A stretch of DNA of 59,594 bases from Pirellulales bacterium. Its GTDB lineage: Bacteria > Planctomycetota > Planctomycetia > Pirellulales > UBA7805. The DNA lies in contig JAYGDO010000598.1 of the NCBI GenBank assembly GCA_046582885.1, forward strand, positions 1-59,594, in the 5' to 3' direction. The position numbers and the translations under genes are program-made. The notes under the pieces are model-generated. The model ran no database searches, was not told the origin of the DNA, and saw only the letters and a list, made by a program, of their open reading frames with translations. Shown here one piece after another: positions 19,326 through 29,440 of this stretch (positions are counted from its first letter, which is position 1; each line of letters starts with the position of its first letter).

Positions 19326-21593
19326 ATGAAACGGATACCGACAAAACATGCCCGCTTTCGATTTGAAGCGGCTCGCGACGAAAATGGCGTGCCCCACCTG
19401 TACAGCGATTCGTGGCGCACTTGCCTGTACGCTCTGGGTTACATGCACGCCCTTGATCGCCCGACACAGGTTTTATTCTCGCGGGCGGTGGCGATGGGCA
19501 CGACGGCCGCGCGGATCGCGGACAAGGAAGACTTGTTCGAGAGCGATCGGTTTTTCCGCCGCGCCGGTTTATACCTGCGGTTAGACGACGAAGTGCAGCA
19601 GTTGGACGATGAAATTTTCGGCCACCTGACTGCTTACTGCGAAGGGCTGAATGACGGCATGAAAGAAGTGGGCCGCAGTCTGCCGATGTGGGCCACCGGA
19701 TTTCACCCCCAGTCGTGGACGCAACAGTCGGTAATGTTAATCGGCAATCTGTTGAGCTTTGGCGGGCTGGCGGTGGGGCAACAGCAACACGAACGTTTGT
19801 TGCTTGAGCTAATCCAGTTGGGCGTAGACGACGAGCGACTGCGAGAATTGTTCGAACCTCGATTGGATAATGTCGATTTCGATTTGTTGCGGCAGGTGAA
19901 GATTTCACATCAACTTTCCGACGAATTGCTGGGGTTGCTGGCCGATCTGCCGCGGCTGGCCGGCAGTAACGCTTGGGCGGTTAGCCCGTCCCGCAGCGCA
20001 ACCGGTTCGGCGTTGTTGGCCTCGGACCCTCATTTGGAAGTCAACCGGTTACCGGCGATCTGGTACGAAACGGTCCTACGGTGGAACGATCGTTATGTGA
20101 TGGGTGCCTCACTACCCGGCTGTCCGCTGTTCGGCGTGGCGCGGACCGAGAAGATCTCGTGGGGCGTAACTTATTTCAAAGGTGATACCAGCGACTTTTT
20201 CATCGAAGACTGTCGGCCTGGCGGCGCAACCGGTTGGCAGTATCGCCGCGCCGATTCGTGGCACGACTTCGCGCTACGGGAGGAAGTGATCGAACGTAAA
20301 GAGACCGCCGCCGAGACGTTGAAGGTTTACAGTAACCAGGTGGGGACACTTCAAAGCGATCCGGTCGATGCCGACCCGGGTTACTATCTGTCGGTCAATT
20401 GGACCGGGCACGGGGAAGGCACCGGCAGGTCGATTGCGACGTGGCTGGATGTGATTCAGTGCGAATCGGCGTTGGAGGCGATGGACTTAGTCCGCGACAA
20501 TCCGCAGCCGTCGCTGTGTTGGGTTTTCGCCGATGTGGATGGACATGTCGGGATGCAGGGTAGCGGCTGGTTTCCAAAACGTCCCCCCAGTTACAGCGGG
20601 ATTACGCCCATCCCGGCTTGGGACGAGAAGAATCACTGGCAAGGCATGCTGCCCAGCAGCCTGCTGCCGCGAGTTTATGATCCGCCACAGGGTTTTGTGG
20701 CCACGGCGAATGAAAATATGAATTCGCCGCGGGGTCCCGAATATGTGACGATTCCCATTCCAGGTTACCGAAAAGAACGCATCGACCAGCGACTGCGCGA
20801 AATGCCAAAGGCAACTTTGCAGGATATGCAGCAGTTACAGTACGACGTGGTGAGCACACAGGCGAGGCAGTTGCTCGACGTGTTCTTACCGTATTTACCC
20901 AAGGGCGACATCAAGCAGCGGCTCAGCCGGTGGCATTGCAACTATGCGCCGGGCAGCCATGAGGCGACGTTATTTCAGCGGCTGTATCGCAATGTGCTAC
21001 TGCAGGTGTTCGGCCAGGCGCGCGAAACTCACGGCGGCATCGGCTGGCGCCGCGTGTTGTATTTAAGCAGTCGCATCGGCTATTCGACGATGGTATTGAC
21101 GGCAATTGACCGACTGCTTCAGAAGCAAGAATCGAGTTGGTGGCGTGCGCGCGATAAAGGTGACCTGATCCGGGCGGCGGCCGAGCGTTTGCAGGATGAA
21201 AAGGACGCGCCGTGGTCTGAAATCAATTCATTTCGCTTTACCAACCGGTATTTTGAAGGCCACCTGGTCGGTCGCTTGTTGGGATTTCACACTTCGGAAT
21301 TGGCGATGCCGGGCTGTCACGCAACGCTCTTTCAGGGTCACTTGCTGCGGACCGCCACCCGCGAGTCGACCTTCGCACCGAGTTACCATTTTGTCACCGA
21401 CATGGGCAGTTCCGAAGCATGGACGAATTTGCCGGGGGGACCGAGCGAAAGCCGGTTTTCGAAATACTACAAGATTGACATCCAACGGTGGTGCGATGGC
21501 GAATTTAAGCGATTGGCACTGGACGAATCAATCAGCGACGAAATGGACGACGACGATGTGGCTGGTGGCGCGCCGGATAACGGACCGGAATGA
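19326..21593 (+). CDS. Penicillin/cephalosporin/AHL acylase family protein (Ntn hydrolase, peptidase S45)
   Basis: RDENGVPHLYSDS, LGYMHALDRPTQ, and the autoprocessing site LAGSNAWAVSP..LLASDPHL. The ORF track start is a TTG at 19260; the ATG at 19326 is preferred. Confidence 0.85.
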   Translation: MKRIPTKHARFRFEAARDENGVPHLYSDSWRTCLYALGYMHALDRPTQVLFSRAVAMGTTAARIADKEDLFESDRFFRRAGLYLRLDDEVQQLDDEIFGHLTAYCEGLNDGMKEVGRSLPMWATGFHPQSWTQQSVMLIGNLLSFGGLAVGQQQHERLLLELIQLGVDDERLRELFEPRLDNVDFDLLRQVKISHQLSDELLGLLADLPRLAGSNAWAVSPSRSATGSALLASDPHLEVNRLPAIWYETVLRWNDRYVMGASLPGCPLFGVARTEKISWGVTYFKGDTSDFFIEDCRPGGATGWQYRRADSWHDFALREEVIERKETAAETLKVYSNQVGTLQSDPVDADPGYYLSVNWTGHGEGTGRSIATWLDVIQCESALEAMDLVRDNPQPSLCWVFADVDGHVGMQGSGWFPKRPPSYSGITPIPAWDEKNHWQGMLPSSLLPRVYDPPQGFVATANENMNSPRGPEYVTIPIPGYRKERIDQRLREMPKATLQDMQQLQYDVVSTQARQLLDVFLPYLPKGDIKQRLSRWHCNYAPGSHEATLFQRLYRNVLLQVFGQARETHGGIGWRRVLYLSSRIGYSTMVLTAIDRLLQKQESSWWRARDKGDLIRAAAERLQDEKDAPWSEINSFRFTNRYFEGHLVGRLLGFHTSELAMPGCHATLFQGHLLRTATRESTFAPSYHFVTDMGSSEAWTNLPGGPSESRFSKYYKIDIQRWCDGEFKRLALDESISDEMDDDDVAGGAPDNGPE

Positions 21594-21678
21594 CGGACGG
21601 TAAATTTGGGAGCCTGTGCCCCGCCGTCCCAACAGCGCGGCATAGCTGCGGGCAGAAGTTTTCTGATATGTTGAGCCT

Positions 21679-22686
21679 ATGAACACCCCTGCGTCGGATG
21701 AATCGCTGCCGGGCGGGAGCTCAGCGGACACGGAGTTCGCCGTCGGCGACAACGTCATCGATGCAGTTCTGGTTGATGGCGAATTGCGGCGATTGAGCGG
21801 CTCAAGCGAACCGTCCGGCCGTCGTCGGCGACTACGGCGGCCCGTTATTCTTTTTGTAGTGACCTGCATCACCACGTATTGTGCCGGCTGCTACCACTGG
21901 GCGCCGGTTATTTTGGGTATGGGCGATGTCTGGGGTATTTTGACGACGAACTGGCGGGATGGATTGTTGTTCATGGCGTGCGTTATGGGCATCTTGCTGC
22001 TCCACGAAATGGGACATTTCCTGATGACGCTTCGCCACCGGATTCCGGCGAGTTTACCCTTTTTCATCCCCTTTCCGATGATGATTACGGGGACGATGGG
22101 GGCCGTCATCGCCATGGACGGCCGACGAGCGGATCGGAAGCAACTTTTTGACATTGGAATTGCCGGCCCGCTGGCAGGATTGGTGTTGGCAATTCCCGTA
22201 ACGATTTTTGGAATCCTGTACGCCGACTATGTCGTACCGCCGGAGAATGCGCAGTATATGGAATACGGCGATCCCCTATTCGTACGGTTGATGATCCCCA
22301 TCTTGCGCGACTTGCCGGAAGGCGCCGTCCTGGGGGCGAATTCGTTACTGATGGCCGGCTGGGTGGGAATGCTGGTGACCGGTCTGAATATGATGCCGGT
22401 GAGTCAGTTAGACGGCGGCCATGTCATCCACGCACTATTTGGCCGCCGGTCGAAATGGATTGCGCGAGGGTTTCTCATCACGGTCATCGCGCTAATGTTC
22501 GCTTTCAAATCCACCGATTGGATACTGATGCTCGTGTTGGTGATGATCATGGGGCCGGACCATCCGCCCACCGCCGACGACAGCGTAGACATCGGATTCG
22601 GGCGCCGCGTACTGGGATTCTTGTCGCTGGCGATACCGATTCTGTGCTTTCCTCCGGTACCCCTCATGTTTCACGGCCCCGGCTAA
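21679..22686 (+). CDS. Site-2 protease family membrane metalloprotease (M50)
   Basis: HEMGHFLM zinc motif in a TM helix, multiple TM segments, NMMPVSQLDGGHV second motif. Confidence 0.85.
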   Translation: MNTPASDESLPGGSSADTEFAVGDNVIDAVLVDGELRRLSGSSEPSGRRRRLRRPVILFVVTCITTYCAGCYHWAPVILGMGDVWGILTTNWRDGLLFMACVMGILLLHEMGHFLMTLRHRIPASLPFFIPFPMMITGTMGAVIAMDGRRADRKQLFDIGIAGPLAGLVLAIPVTIFGILYADYVVPPENAQYMEYGDPLFVRLMIPILRDLPEGAVLGANSLLMAGWVGMLVTGLNMMPVSQLDGGHVIHALFGRRSKWIARGFLITVIALMFAFKSTDWILMLVLVMIMGPDHPPTADDSVDIGFGRRVLGFLSLAIPILCFPPVPLMFHGPG

Positions 22687-22782
22687 AAATTTATTGACGA
22701 CCGCAGCCGTTGTACTGGTACAGATGCCGTCAACCTGAGGAGCTTCGGTCCGGTTGCCACCGTTCACGCTGGCCGAATTTTC

Positions 22783-23913
22783 TTATGGCCGATTTTCCTT
22801 ATTGGCGGCTATGCTCGGCAGCCACGTGCACAAGTAGTAGGCCCGAGGTGTTGTCAAATCCAGCAGCGCCGAAAGTTCCAAGTTTTTTGGAGGGGCTCTC
22901 ATCAGCGTGATGTCGAATAGACTTTGCGGCCGATCGTACTGCACGACGCGATAGCTGTCTTTTGATAAGGCCGCCAAGTCGGCGGCGCGGGCGATTGCGT
23001 CTTCGATGTAACCAAGCTTATCGACCAGTCCCAGCCGCTTGGCCTGCTTTGCCGTAAAAATCTGGCCGGTTGAGATTTCGTTCATCGCTGCTTTGTCGTT
23101 GGCCAGGTTGGGCCGCCCCTGTTTGACAATATTTTTGAATTCGTCGAACGTTTCTTGAATCAGGGCGTTGAACGTTTCGACTTCGACGGTATCCGCTTTG
23201 CGCGTCGGGCTGCCCATTTGTTTAAGTTGGCCGCTGGCGTACGAGCGGTCGGTGATTTTCCAGTCCTCCATCAAGCCGCTGATGTCGTAATTGGGGATGA
23301 TCACGCCGATTGAACCGGTCCACGTGGTTTCTTCGGCGAAGATCGTATCTTCGGCATCGCCCACAGCCATCGAAATGTAATAGCCACCACTGGCCGCGAT
23401 GCCGCCCATGCTGACAACCAGCGGAATTTCCTTTTCCTTTTGCAATTCCTTTAAGTGATGGAACAGGTAATGGCTGGCCGTGACGGTTCCGCCGGGTGAA
23501 TCGACGCGGAGCACGATTGCTTTGACGTTCTTGTCTTGGCGGACACGGTCGATTTGCTGTTTAACAAAACCGTCGCTGTCCAGGATTGCGCCCCCAACGG
23601 AGATAATTGCGATCTTGTCGCTAGCCGCAGCTGACCCGGAGTGCAATGTTTCGTTCATTTTCGGATCGGTCTGCACGTAGGTGCTGTAGGAACCGTACAA
23701 GCCGAAATTTATCATGACCGAAAATGCCAGCGCGCCGAGCAAAAGGCCGAAGAGTAATTTGCGGCCTAGGCCCATCGACTGCTCGACAATGACCCGCAGC
23801 GGTGGCCGCCGCCGCAGTTGACCGGTTGGCATAGGATTGGCGGCGGCCGAGTTTGGCCGACCGGGTGCTGCGCCGGGACCGGGTTGTTGCTGGGGATTAG
23901 ATGGGGAATCCAT
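22783..23913 (-). CDS. sppA: Signal peptide peptidase SppA (S49), 36K type
   Basis: N-terminal TM, KAIVLRVDSPGGTV, SMGGIAASGGYYISMA, and the lysine region GQIFTAKQAKRLGLVD. Confidence 0.88.
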   Translation of the reverse strand: MDSPSNPQQQPGPGAAPGRPNSAAANPMPTGQLRRRPPLRVIVEQSMGLGRKLLFGLLLGALAFSVMINFGLYGSYSTYVQTDPKMNETLHSGSAAASDKIAIISVGGAILDSDGFVKQQIDRVRQDKNVKAIVLRVDSPGGTVTASHYLFHHLKELQKEKEIPLVVSMGGIAASGGYYISMAVGDAEDTIFAEETTWTGSIGVIIPNYDISGLMEDWKITDRSYASGQLKQMGSPTRKADTVEVETFNALIQETFDEFKNIVKQGRPNLANDKAAMNEISTGQIFTAKQAKRLGLVDKLGYIEDAIARAADLAALSKDSYRVVQYDRPQSLFDITLMRAPPKNLELSALLDLTTPRAYYLCTWLPSIAANKENRP

Positions 23914-24390
23914 AACATTACTCCTTGTTTAATCACAAGACCGTGGGTGGATGTGTGAAATAGTGGCCTTACGTCGCGGTTGTCCAGCCGCTGATTAATT
24001 GTAGGCCACGCTGACCCGATTGAAACGCGGTCCAGTTCATTCAGGCGGCGAACGAGGGGAAACTAGAAAGTGTATGGTGGATAGCAGTGCCGAGTTGGTT
24101 AACCGGAGCAACCGCCACATCCGATTCTCGAATTTTCGAGCGACGATGAACACAGCAAACGCGGAAAATGCCAACGCGATGATCCCGCTGAAATGGATTT
24201 CCTGTATCGGCACAGCCGGGGCCCAAATAACGAATAAGTTGGGTAGTATCTGGCGTGGTGTTGCTTCACAACCGCTCCGAACGTTAAGCTAGGCGGTTCA
24301 ATCTTTGGCCAGTGTGAAGGCTGCCTCGGATCAACGGTCGGCAGCAGAGGATCAATCGCATTTGGTTTGGCATCGAAAGGAGTTGATGGA

Positions 24391-25140
24391 GTGTACGTCG
24401 CCGCTTCGACCTCTTGTTTCCCCGACCTGCCTTACGACGAGGCGCTGTCGAAGCTGAATGACCTCGAGTTCAGTTACGTCGAACTCGATATCCACGAACA
24501 TGGCGGTCACATGAAGCCGTCTGAAGTGGCGGACGACCTGGAACGGGCCGTGGCGCTGTGTCGACAGACATATCGTATGACGCTGGTAGCTTTCAGTATC
24601 GATATCGATGCCGAAGGGGATGAGTACTACCGCCAGTTTTCCGCTATCTGTCGGTTGGCTAAAGCGACCAAAGTCGTCGTGCTGTGCGTGCGCAGCGGTG
24701 AGCTTGGAACTCCGTTTAACGCCGAAGTCGAACGCCTCCGCGACCTGGTCGGGATTGCGACGGTCGAAGGTATCGTCGTGGCCGTCAAGACAGAAATCGG
24801 GCGGGTGACGGAAGACCCCGACACGATCCAAGTGCTTTGCGACAATGTCCAGGGACTCGGTGTTACACTGGATCCGAGTCATTTTGTACACGGCAGCAAT
24901 GCGGTGCGGTCTTATGACTCGGTTTTGAAATACACAGCACACGTTCAGTTACGCGACACAAACAAGGAACAGCTGCAGGTGCGGGTGGGCCAGGGAGAAG
25001 TCGAGTATGGACGGCTCGTGACACAACTGAGCCAGTTGAACTACCGTCGCACTCTGACTGTCGATGTCCAACCGCTACCCGACACGGACCAGATGGGCGA
25101 GCTGCGAAAGATGCGTTTGCTACTGGAGAGCCTGTTGTAG
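24391..25140 (+). CDS. Sugar phosphate isomerase/epimerase (xylose isomerase-like TIM barrel)
   Basis: The pattern LEFSYVELDIHEHGGH...LDPSHF...HVQLRD fits the family. The GTG at 24391 is preceded by AAAGGAG; the ORF track start is a TTG at 24367. Confidence 0.7.
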   Translation: MYVAASTSCFPDLPYDEALSKLNDLEFSYVELDIHEHGGHMKPSEVADDLERAVALCRQTYRMTLVAFSIDIDAEGDEYYRQFSAICRLAKATKVVVLCVRSGELGTPFNAEVERLRDLVGIATVEGIVVAVKTEIGRVTEDPDTIQVLCDNVQGLGVTLDPSHFVHGSNAVRSYDSVLKYTAHVQLRDTNKEQLQVRVGQGEVEYGRLVTQLSQLNYRRTLTVDVQPLPDTDQMGELRKMRLLLESLL

Positions 25141-25153
25141 GCCTGTCCTTCGT

Positions 25154-25972
25154 TCAACAGCCCAATACTTTTTGTCCCCGCTGCCGCAGCGCTTCGTAAA
25201 AGAGCACCGCCGCGGTGGCCGCCACGTTCAGGCTGTCGGCGGCGCCGCACATGGGCAGTTGAACCGGCGTGATGTCCGAAGCGTGCCACGTTTCACCCAA
25301 CCCGGAAGTTTCCGTGCCCAGCACAATCGCTGTAGGCCGCCTCCAGTCGATCTCGGTGTACACGGGACCCTCAGCGACGCGGGCGGCACAAATTGCCAAA
25401 TTATTGTTGCGCAACCAGGCCAGTACGTCGCCGGATGCGGCAGCCGCCACAGGCATTGTAAATACCGTGCCGAGACTCGCGCGTATTGTTCCAGGATTAT
25501 GCAAATCCGTTTGAGCGTCGGCAGCTATGACCGCCGAAATGCCCGCGCTGTCAGCACTGCGGATCACAGCTCCGAGATTACCCGGTTTTTCGACAGCCTC
25601 GACCACGGCAACCAGCGGTTGGTGGGGCAGTGCGATTTCCGACAACGTATGACTCGGTGAATCGATTACCGCGACCACACCTTCGGCTCGGTCGCCGAAA
25701 GCGAGTTTCTCAAAAACTGCCGTCGTCACTTCGTAAATGGGCGTCGACATGCGGCTCGCTTGTTCACACAACCGCTCGCTTTCCTCCGTCCCGCACAGCG
25801 GCGGACAGACGAATAATTCTGCCAACCGGGCACCACCCTGGAAAGCCCGTCGGATTTCTCGAATTCCGTCCACCAGTGTGCGGTGCTGGTTGGCGCGATG
25901 TTTGCGACGGCGCAGTTTCACTGCGGCTTGGACACGGGCATTCTTCGGGCTGGTGATGGTCGGTGTGGACAC
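25154..25972 (-). CDS. TrmH/SpoU family RNA 2'-O-methyltransferase
   Basis: VEAVEKPGNLGAVIRSADSAG, IVLGTETSGL, and the LNVATAAAVLFYE C-terminal knot motifs. Confidence 0.85.
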   Translation of the reverse strand: MSTPTITSPKNARVQAAVKLRRRKHRANQHRTLVDGIREIRRAFQGGARLAELFVCPPLCGTEESERLCEQASRMSTPIYEVTTAVFEKLAFGDRAEGVVAVIDSPSHTLSEIALPHQPLVAVVEAVEKPGNLGAVIRSADSAGISAVIAADAQTDLHNPGTIRASLGTVFTMPVAAAASGDVLAWLRNNNLAICAARVAEGPVYTEIDWRRPTAIVLGTETSGLGETWHASDITPVQLPMCGAADSLNVAATAAVLFYEALRQRGQKVLGC

Positions 25973-25987
25973 GAGTGGAAGATGACT

Positions 25988-26854
25988 CTACTGCCCTTTT
26001 TCGTAAACCGACCAACGGGCGGCAACGCCGCACGGCAGGTTTCGGCCATCGGCTGCACGAATAGCCAATCCACCGGCCTGAATCGCTCCATCCACTGGAA
26101 ACGCCTCGCGCAGGATTTTTTGCAGATCGGCGGGCACGTAGCCGGCTGTATGGCAACTCATCAAAATGAATCGCCGATCCTGCTCGGTCAATTCGACACA
26201 AATTTCCAGCAACTCGGGCAGGTTGTTTTGGATTTTCCATACTTCGCCTTTGGGGCCGTGGCCGTAGCTGGGCGGATCCAAAATGACAGCGTGGTATTTG
26301 TTGCCGCGTTTGATTTCGCGGCCCACGAACTTCAGCGCGTCTTCAGTAATCCAGCGTATCGAGACCTCCCCCAGTAGTCCTGACGACGCGGTATTTCGTC
26401 GGGCCCACAGTACCGTGTTTTGCGCCGAGTCGACGTGAACGACTTCGGCCCCAGCCGTTGCGCAGGCGATTGTCGCGCCACCGGTGTAGGCGAACAGATT
26501 CAACACCCGCATGGGCTCGCTGGACGCTTTCAGTTGCCGAGCGATCCAATCCCAGTTACCTGCGTGTTCCGGGAACACACCGACGTGGCCGAAGTCCGTC
26601 AGTTTTAACTCCATCTGCGCTCGGCCATGATTAATATGCCACGAAAGCGGCATTTCATTCTCGCTACGCCAGCACCCGTCAGCCGATTCGCGTTTGACGT
26701 AGCGGGCTTGCGCCTGGTCCCACAAATCGGGCGAGGATTTTTGAATGCCTTCGGCAGCCGGGCACGGTCGGTCAAGCACGTATTGACCGAATCGCTCTAA
26801 ACGACGGCCGTCGCCGAAGTCCAGCAATTGGTATTGTTCCGTCGAAAACATCAA
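25988..26854 (-). CDS. Class I SAM-dependent (RlmI-like) methyltransferase
   Basis: VLNLFAYTGGATIACATAGAEVVHVDSA and AVILDPPSYG motifs. Confidence 0.78.
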   Translation of the reverse strand: MMFSTEQYQLLDFGDGRRLERFGQYVLDRPCPAAEGIQKSSPDLWDQAQARYVKRESADGCWRSENEMPLSWHINHGRAQMELKLTDFGHVGVFPEHAGNWDWIARQLKASSEPMRVLNLFAYTGGATIACATAGAEVVHVDSAQNTVLWARRNTASSGLLGEVSIRWITEDALKFVGREIKRGNKYHAVILDPPSYGHGPKGEVWKIQNNLPELLEICVELTEQDRRFILMSCHTAGYVPADLQKILREAFPVDGAIQAGGLAIRAADGRNLPCGVAARWSVYEKGQ

Positions 26855-27034
26855 GGGACCGCAAAATACGATGTGACAAAAAGCGGTAATTCACCGAATC
26901 GGTGACTAACTAAATATTTGCAGAAATGATCGAATCGGGCACTCTATCATGCTTCGGGGCTTGGAATCAAGTATTAGTGTACATATGAATACCTCCTGTT
27001 TCGTGAGGGACTTGGCTTCGGTTGCGATCGGTGC

Positions 27035-28186
27035 ATGCCATACAATGGAGCGGTTGTTTTCCCACTTGACCGGAGAATTCAGGTGATTGGTTGGCTGGTT
27101 CGAACGCTGCCCGTTGTGGTCGGGCTACTGCTGTTTTTGCCGTCCGTGGCCGGCTGCGGCGTTTCGAATGGCCGCGACCCATCATCTTCGATGACGACGG
27201 GTGAAGCTGCGCCGGTGGCCGGCACGGGCGGGGGAACGAGTCGCGGCGAAGTCGTGCCGGTTTCAAGCCAAGCCGCAGCGACAAACCCAATCAACGGGCG
27301 TCGGGCAATCGGTTATTTGACGCAGATTTGTGATCTTGGTCCGCGACCGACCGGATCGACCGGAATGGCTGCGCAACAGCGGTTGCTCGAGCAGCATTTT
27401 AAGAGTCTTGGTGGTGAAGTCCGTCTCCAGCAGTTCCACATCAAACACCCACTGTACGGCGCGGCGGTACCGGTGGCCAACATGATCGTCCATTGGCATC
27501 CAAAATCTAAAGAACGCATTTTGCTATGCGCTCATTACGATACGCGGCCTCTGCCAGACCGGGATCGAAAACCAGCCGCGCGGCGAAAAGGTACTTTTGT
27601 TGGCGCCAACGACGCCGGCAGCGGCACCGCAGTGTTGATGGAATTAGCGCATTATATGTCGTCAATCAAAGGTCGGTACGGCGTTGATTTTCTATTAGTT
27701 GATGCTGAGGAGTTCATCTTCGAGCAGGCGCAGACGCAGCGGTACTTTATTGGTTCGGAGTACTTTGCCCGTCAATACGTTAAGGCGACTTTGCCTTACC
27801 GATACGCTAAAGCCGCGGTGTTGGACATGGTCGGTGACCGAGATTTGCAGATTTATTTGGACCGCAACAGCATCTGGTGGCGAGATACCAAGTTCACGAC
27901 GAAAGAAATCTGGGCTACGGCCAAGCGTATCGGTGTCCAGGAATTTATTGATCGGACTCACCCGCGTATGAAAACTCCGATCAAGGACGATCACCTCATG
28001 TTGCACAATGTCGGAAAAATCCCAACGTGCGAGATCATTGATTTTGACTATCCTAAATTCAGCCGTTTTGATCGAGATCACAATCTTTTTTGGCATACGG
28101 AATTGGATACTCCGGACAAATGCTCGGGTGACTCGTTAGCCAAGGTCGGATGGGTTATGCTGGAGTGGATTCGGACAGCGCAGTAG
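27035..28186 (+). CDS. M28 family peptidase / glutaminyl-cyclase-like lipoprotein
   Basis: Lipobox LPSVAGC; CAHYDTRP, GANDAGSGTAVLMELA, LLVDAEE, LDMVGD, WHTELD. The start may be the GTG near 27083. Confidence 0.8.
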   Translation: MPYNGAVVFPLDRRIQVIGWLVRTLPVVVGLLLFLPSVAGCGVSNGRDPSSSMTTGEAAPVAGTGGGTSRGEVVPVSSQAAATNPINGRRAIGYLTQICDLGPRPTGSTGMAAQQRLLEQHFKSLGGEVRLQQFHIKHPLYGAAVPVANMIVHWHPKSKERILLCAHYDTRPLPDRDRKPAARRKGTFVGANDAGSGTAVLMELAHYMSSIKGRYGVDFLLVDAEEFIFEQAQTQRYFIGSEYFARQYVKATLPYRYAKAAVLDMVGDRDLQIYLDRNSIWWRDTKFTTKEIWATAKRIGVQEFIDRTHPRMKTPIKDDHLMLHNVGKIPTCEIIDFDYPKFSRFDRDHNLFWHTELDTPDKCSGDSLAKVGWVMLEWIRTAQ

Positions 28187-28226
28187 CACCGTAGCACCGT
28201 AGCACCGTAGCACCGTAGCACCGTAG
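28184..28226 (+). repeat. Octanucleotide tandem repeat (TAGCACCG) x5 plus TAG
   Basis: Read directly from the sequence. The first TAG is the stop codon of the M28 gene. Confidence 0.95.
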
Positions 28227-28331
28227 TGTGAGACTTTGGCTAATAGGTTCGGTCGAATGAGGCACGGCGTGAGTTTTGCCCACACGAGCAAGTGCTGATC
28301 ATCGCTTATTGAATTTACTTCAAGACAAATC

Positions 28332-28769
28332 ATGGACTTGGCGACGCTCGCGTTTTCTGGATTTCTGCTGCTGCTTGCCGCAGGCCTTGCCGTCAGCCAC
28401 GTTCGCGCTTGGCGCGAGGATCACGATAGAGACGAGCGGGCACCCGAACACTCGTACGCGAGGCGAAAATATCGTCGCCGCATGCAGGTTAGCGGTATGA
28501 TCGGGGTGACGGGCTTGGCGATCTTGATAGGCCATCTGTTCACCGATCCGCGCGTCGTCGGCATCTACTGGATGGTCGTTATGGTCTGGGTGATTTGGAT
28601 CGTCACGCTGGCGGTGGCGGACTTATTAGACACGCGGCGTTTTTTGGAAGATTTGCACCGTGAGCAACTGGTGTTGAATGCACAGTTGGAGGCCGAGTTG
28701 CACCGGCGACGGGGGGAAGGAGACGGCCATGCCAGTCAGCCGGTTGGTGAGCGGGACGGAGAGCGCTGA
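28332..28769 (+). CDS. Hypothetical 3-TM membrane protein with coiled-coil-like tail
   Basis: Three hydrophobic helices, C-terminal LEDLHREQLVLNAQLEAELHRRR. Its stop overlaps the next start (TGATG). Confidence 0.55.
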   Translation: MDLATLAFSGFLLLLAAGLAVSHVRAWREDHDRDERAPEHSYARRKYRRRMQVSGMIGVTGLAILIGHLFTDPRVVGIYWMVVMVWVIWIVTLAVADLLDTRRFLEDLHREQLVLNAQLEAELHRRRGEGDGHASQPVGERDGER

Positions 28770-29422
28770 TGGACCCACTGATCACAACGTTGGCAGTGGG
28801 GCCGTTTGCCGTCTATCTGTCACTAATCGGCACCGTCAACCTGTCGCGGCGCCCGTTCCTGACGACAGGCGCCAGGGACTTGTACGCGCTGGGCATTGGT
28901 TTATCCGGGTTTTTTATTGTTGGCCCAATGTCGCTGTTCATGCCCGAAGCTGCTGCTCAGTGGTTCGGCGGCTATGTGATTTGGATAATGCTCATCGTGT
29001 TTTATTCACTGTGCCTGACGTTGGGCGCGCTGCTGATTCGACCGCGCCTTGTGATCTACAACGTTACGGCCGAGCAATTGAGGCCGTTGTTGGCATCGGT
29101 CGTTAAGCGGATGGACACCGCCCATCAGTGGGCGGGCGACAGCCTGGCATTGCCCGAGCTGGGCGTGCAATTGCACATCGAGAAGTTTACGTTGACGCGA
29201 AATGTGTCGTTGGTAGCGACCACGGCCGAGCAAAGTTACGCCGGCTGGCTACGCCTGGAACGTGAATTGGGTGGCGAACTGCGGCAACTTGACGTCAAAC
29301 CGAACCCAGTCGGCATCGCACTGGTGGCGGTCGGCGGTGCGATACTGCTCGCCTCATTCGGCTGGGTCCTAGGCGAGCGGGAGGCGGTTGCCGAAGGGAT
29401 TCGATTCATACTTCGGCTCTGA
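28769..29422 (+). CDS. Hypothetical multi-TM membrane protein
   Basis: Four to five hydrophobic segments around a ~90-aa soluble loop. Translationally coupled to the upstream ORF. Confidence 0.55.
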   Translation: MDPLITTLAVGPFAVYLSLIGTVNLSRRPFLTTGARDLYALGIGLSGFFIVGPMSLFMPEAAAQWFGGYVIWIMLIVFYSLCLTLGALLIRPRLVIYNVTAEQLRPLLASVVKRMDTAHQWAGDSLALPELGVQLHIEKFTLTRNVSLVATTAEQSYAGWLRLERELGGELRQLDVKPNPVGIALVAVGGAILLASFGWVLGEREAVAEGIRFILRL

Positions 29423-29440
29423 TGCCCGATCGGGCGTCGA

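Noticed and set aside
23914-24390. 477-bp divergent intergenic region with a 90-aa ORF (24020..24292) and a CTCGAAttTTCGAG palindrome
   Set aside because: The ORF translation has no features of a real protein. The palindrome is short, with a 2-nt centre. I could not recognise any known RNA family by eye, so this is probably just two divergent promoters.
28184-28226. Possible miniature CRISPR array
   Set aside because: The units are 8 nt and directly abutting with no spacers, and no cas genes are present. It is a microsatellite.
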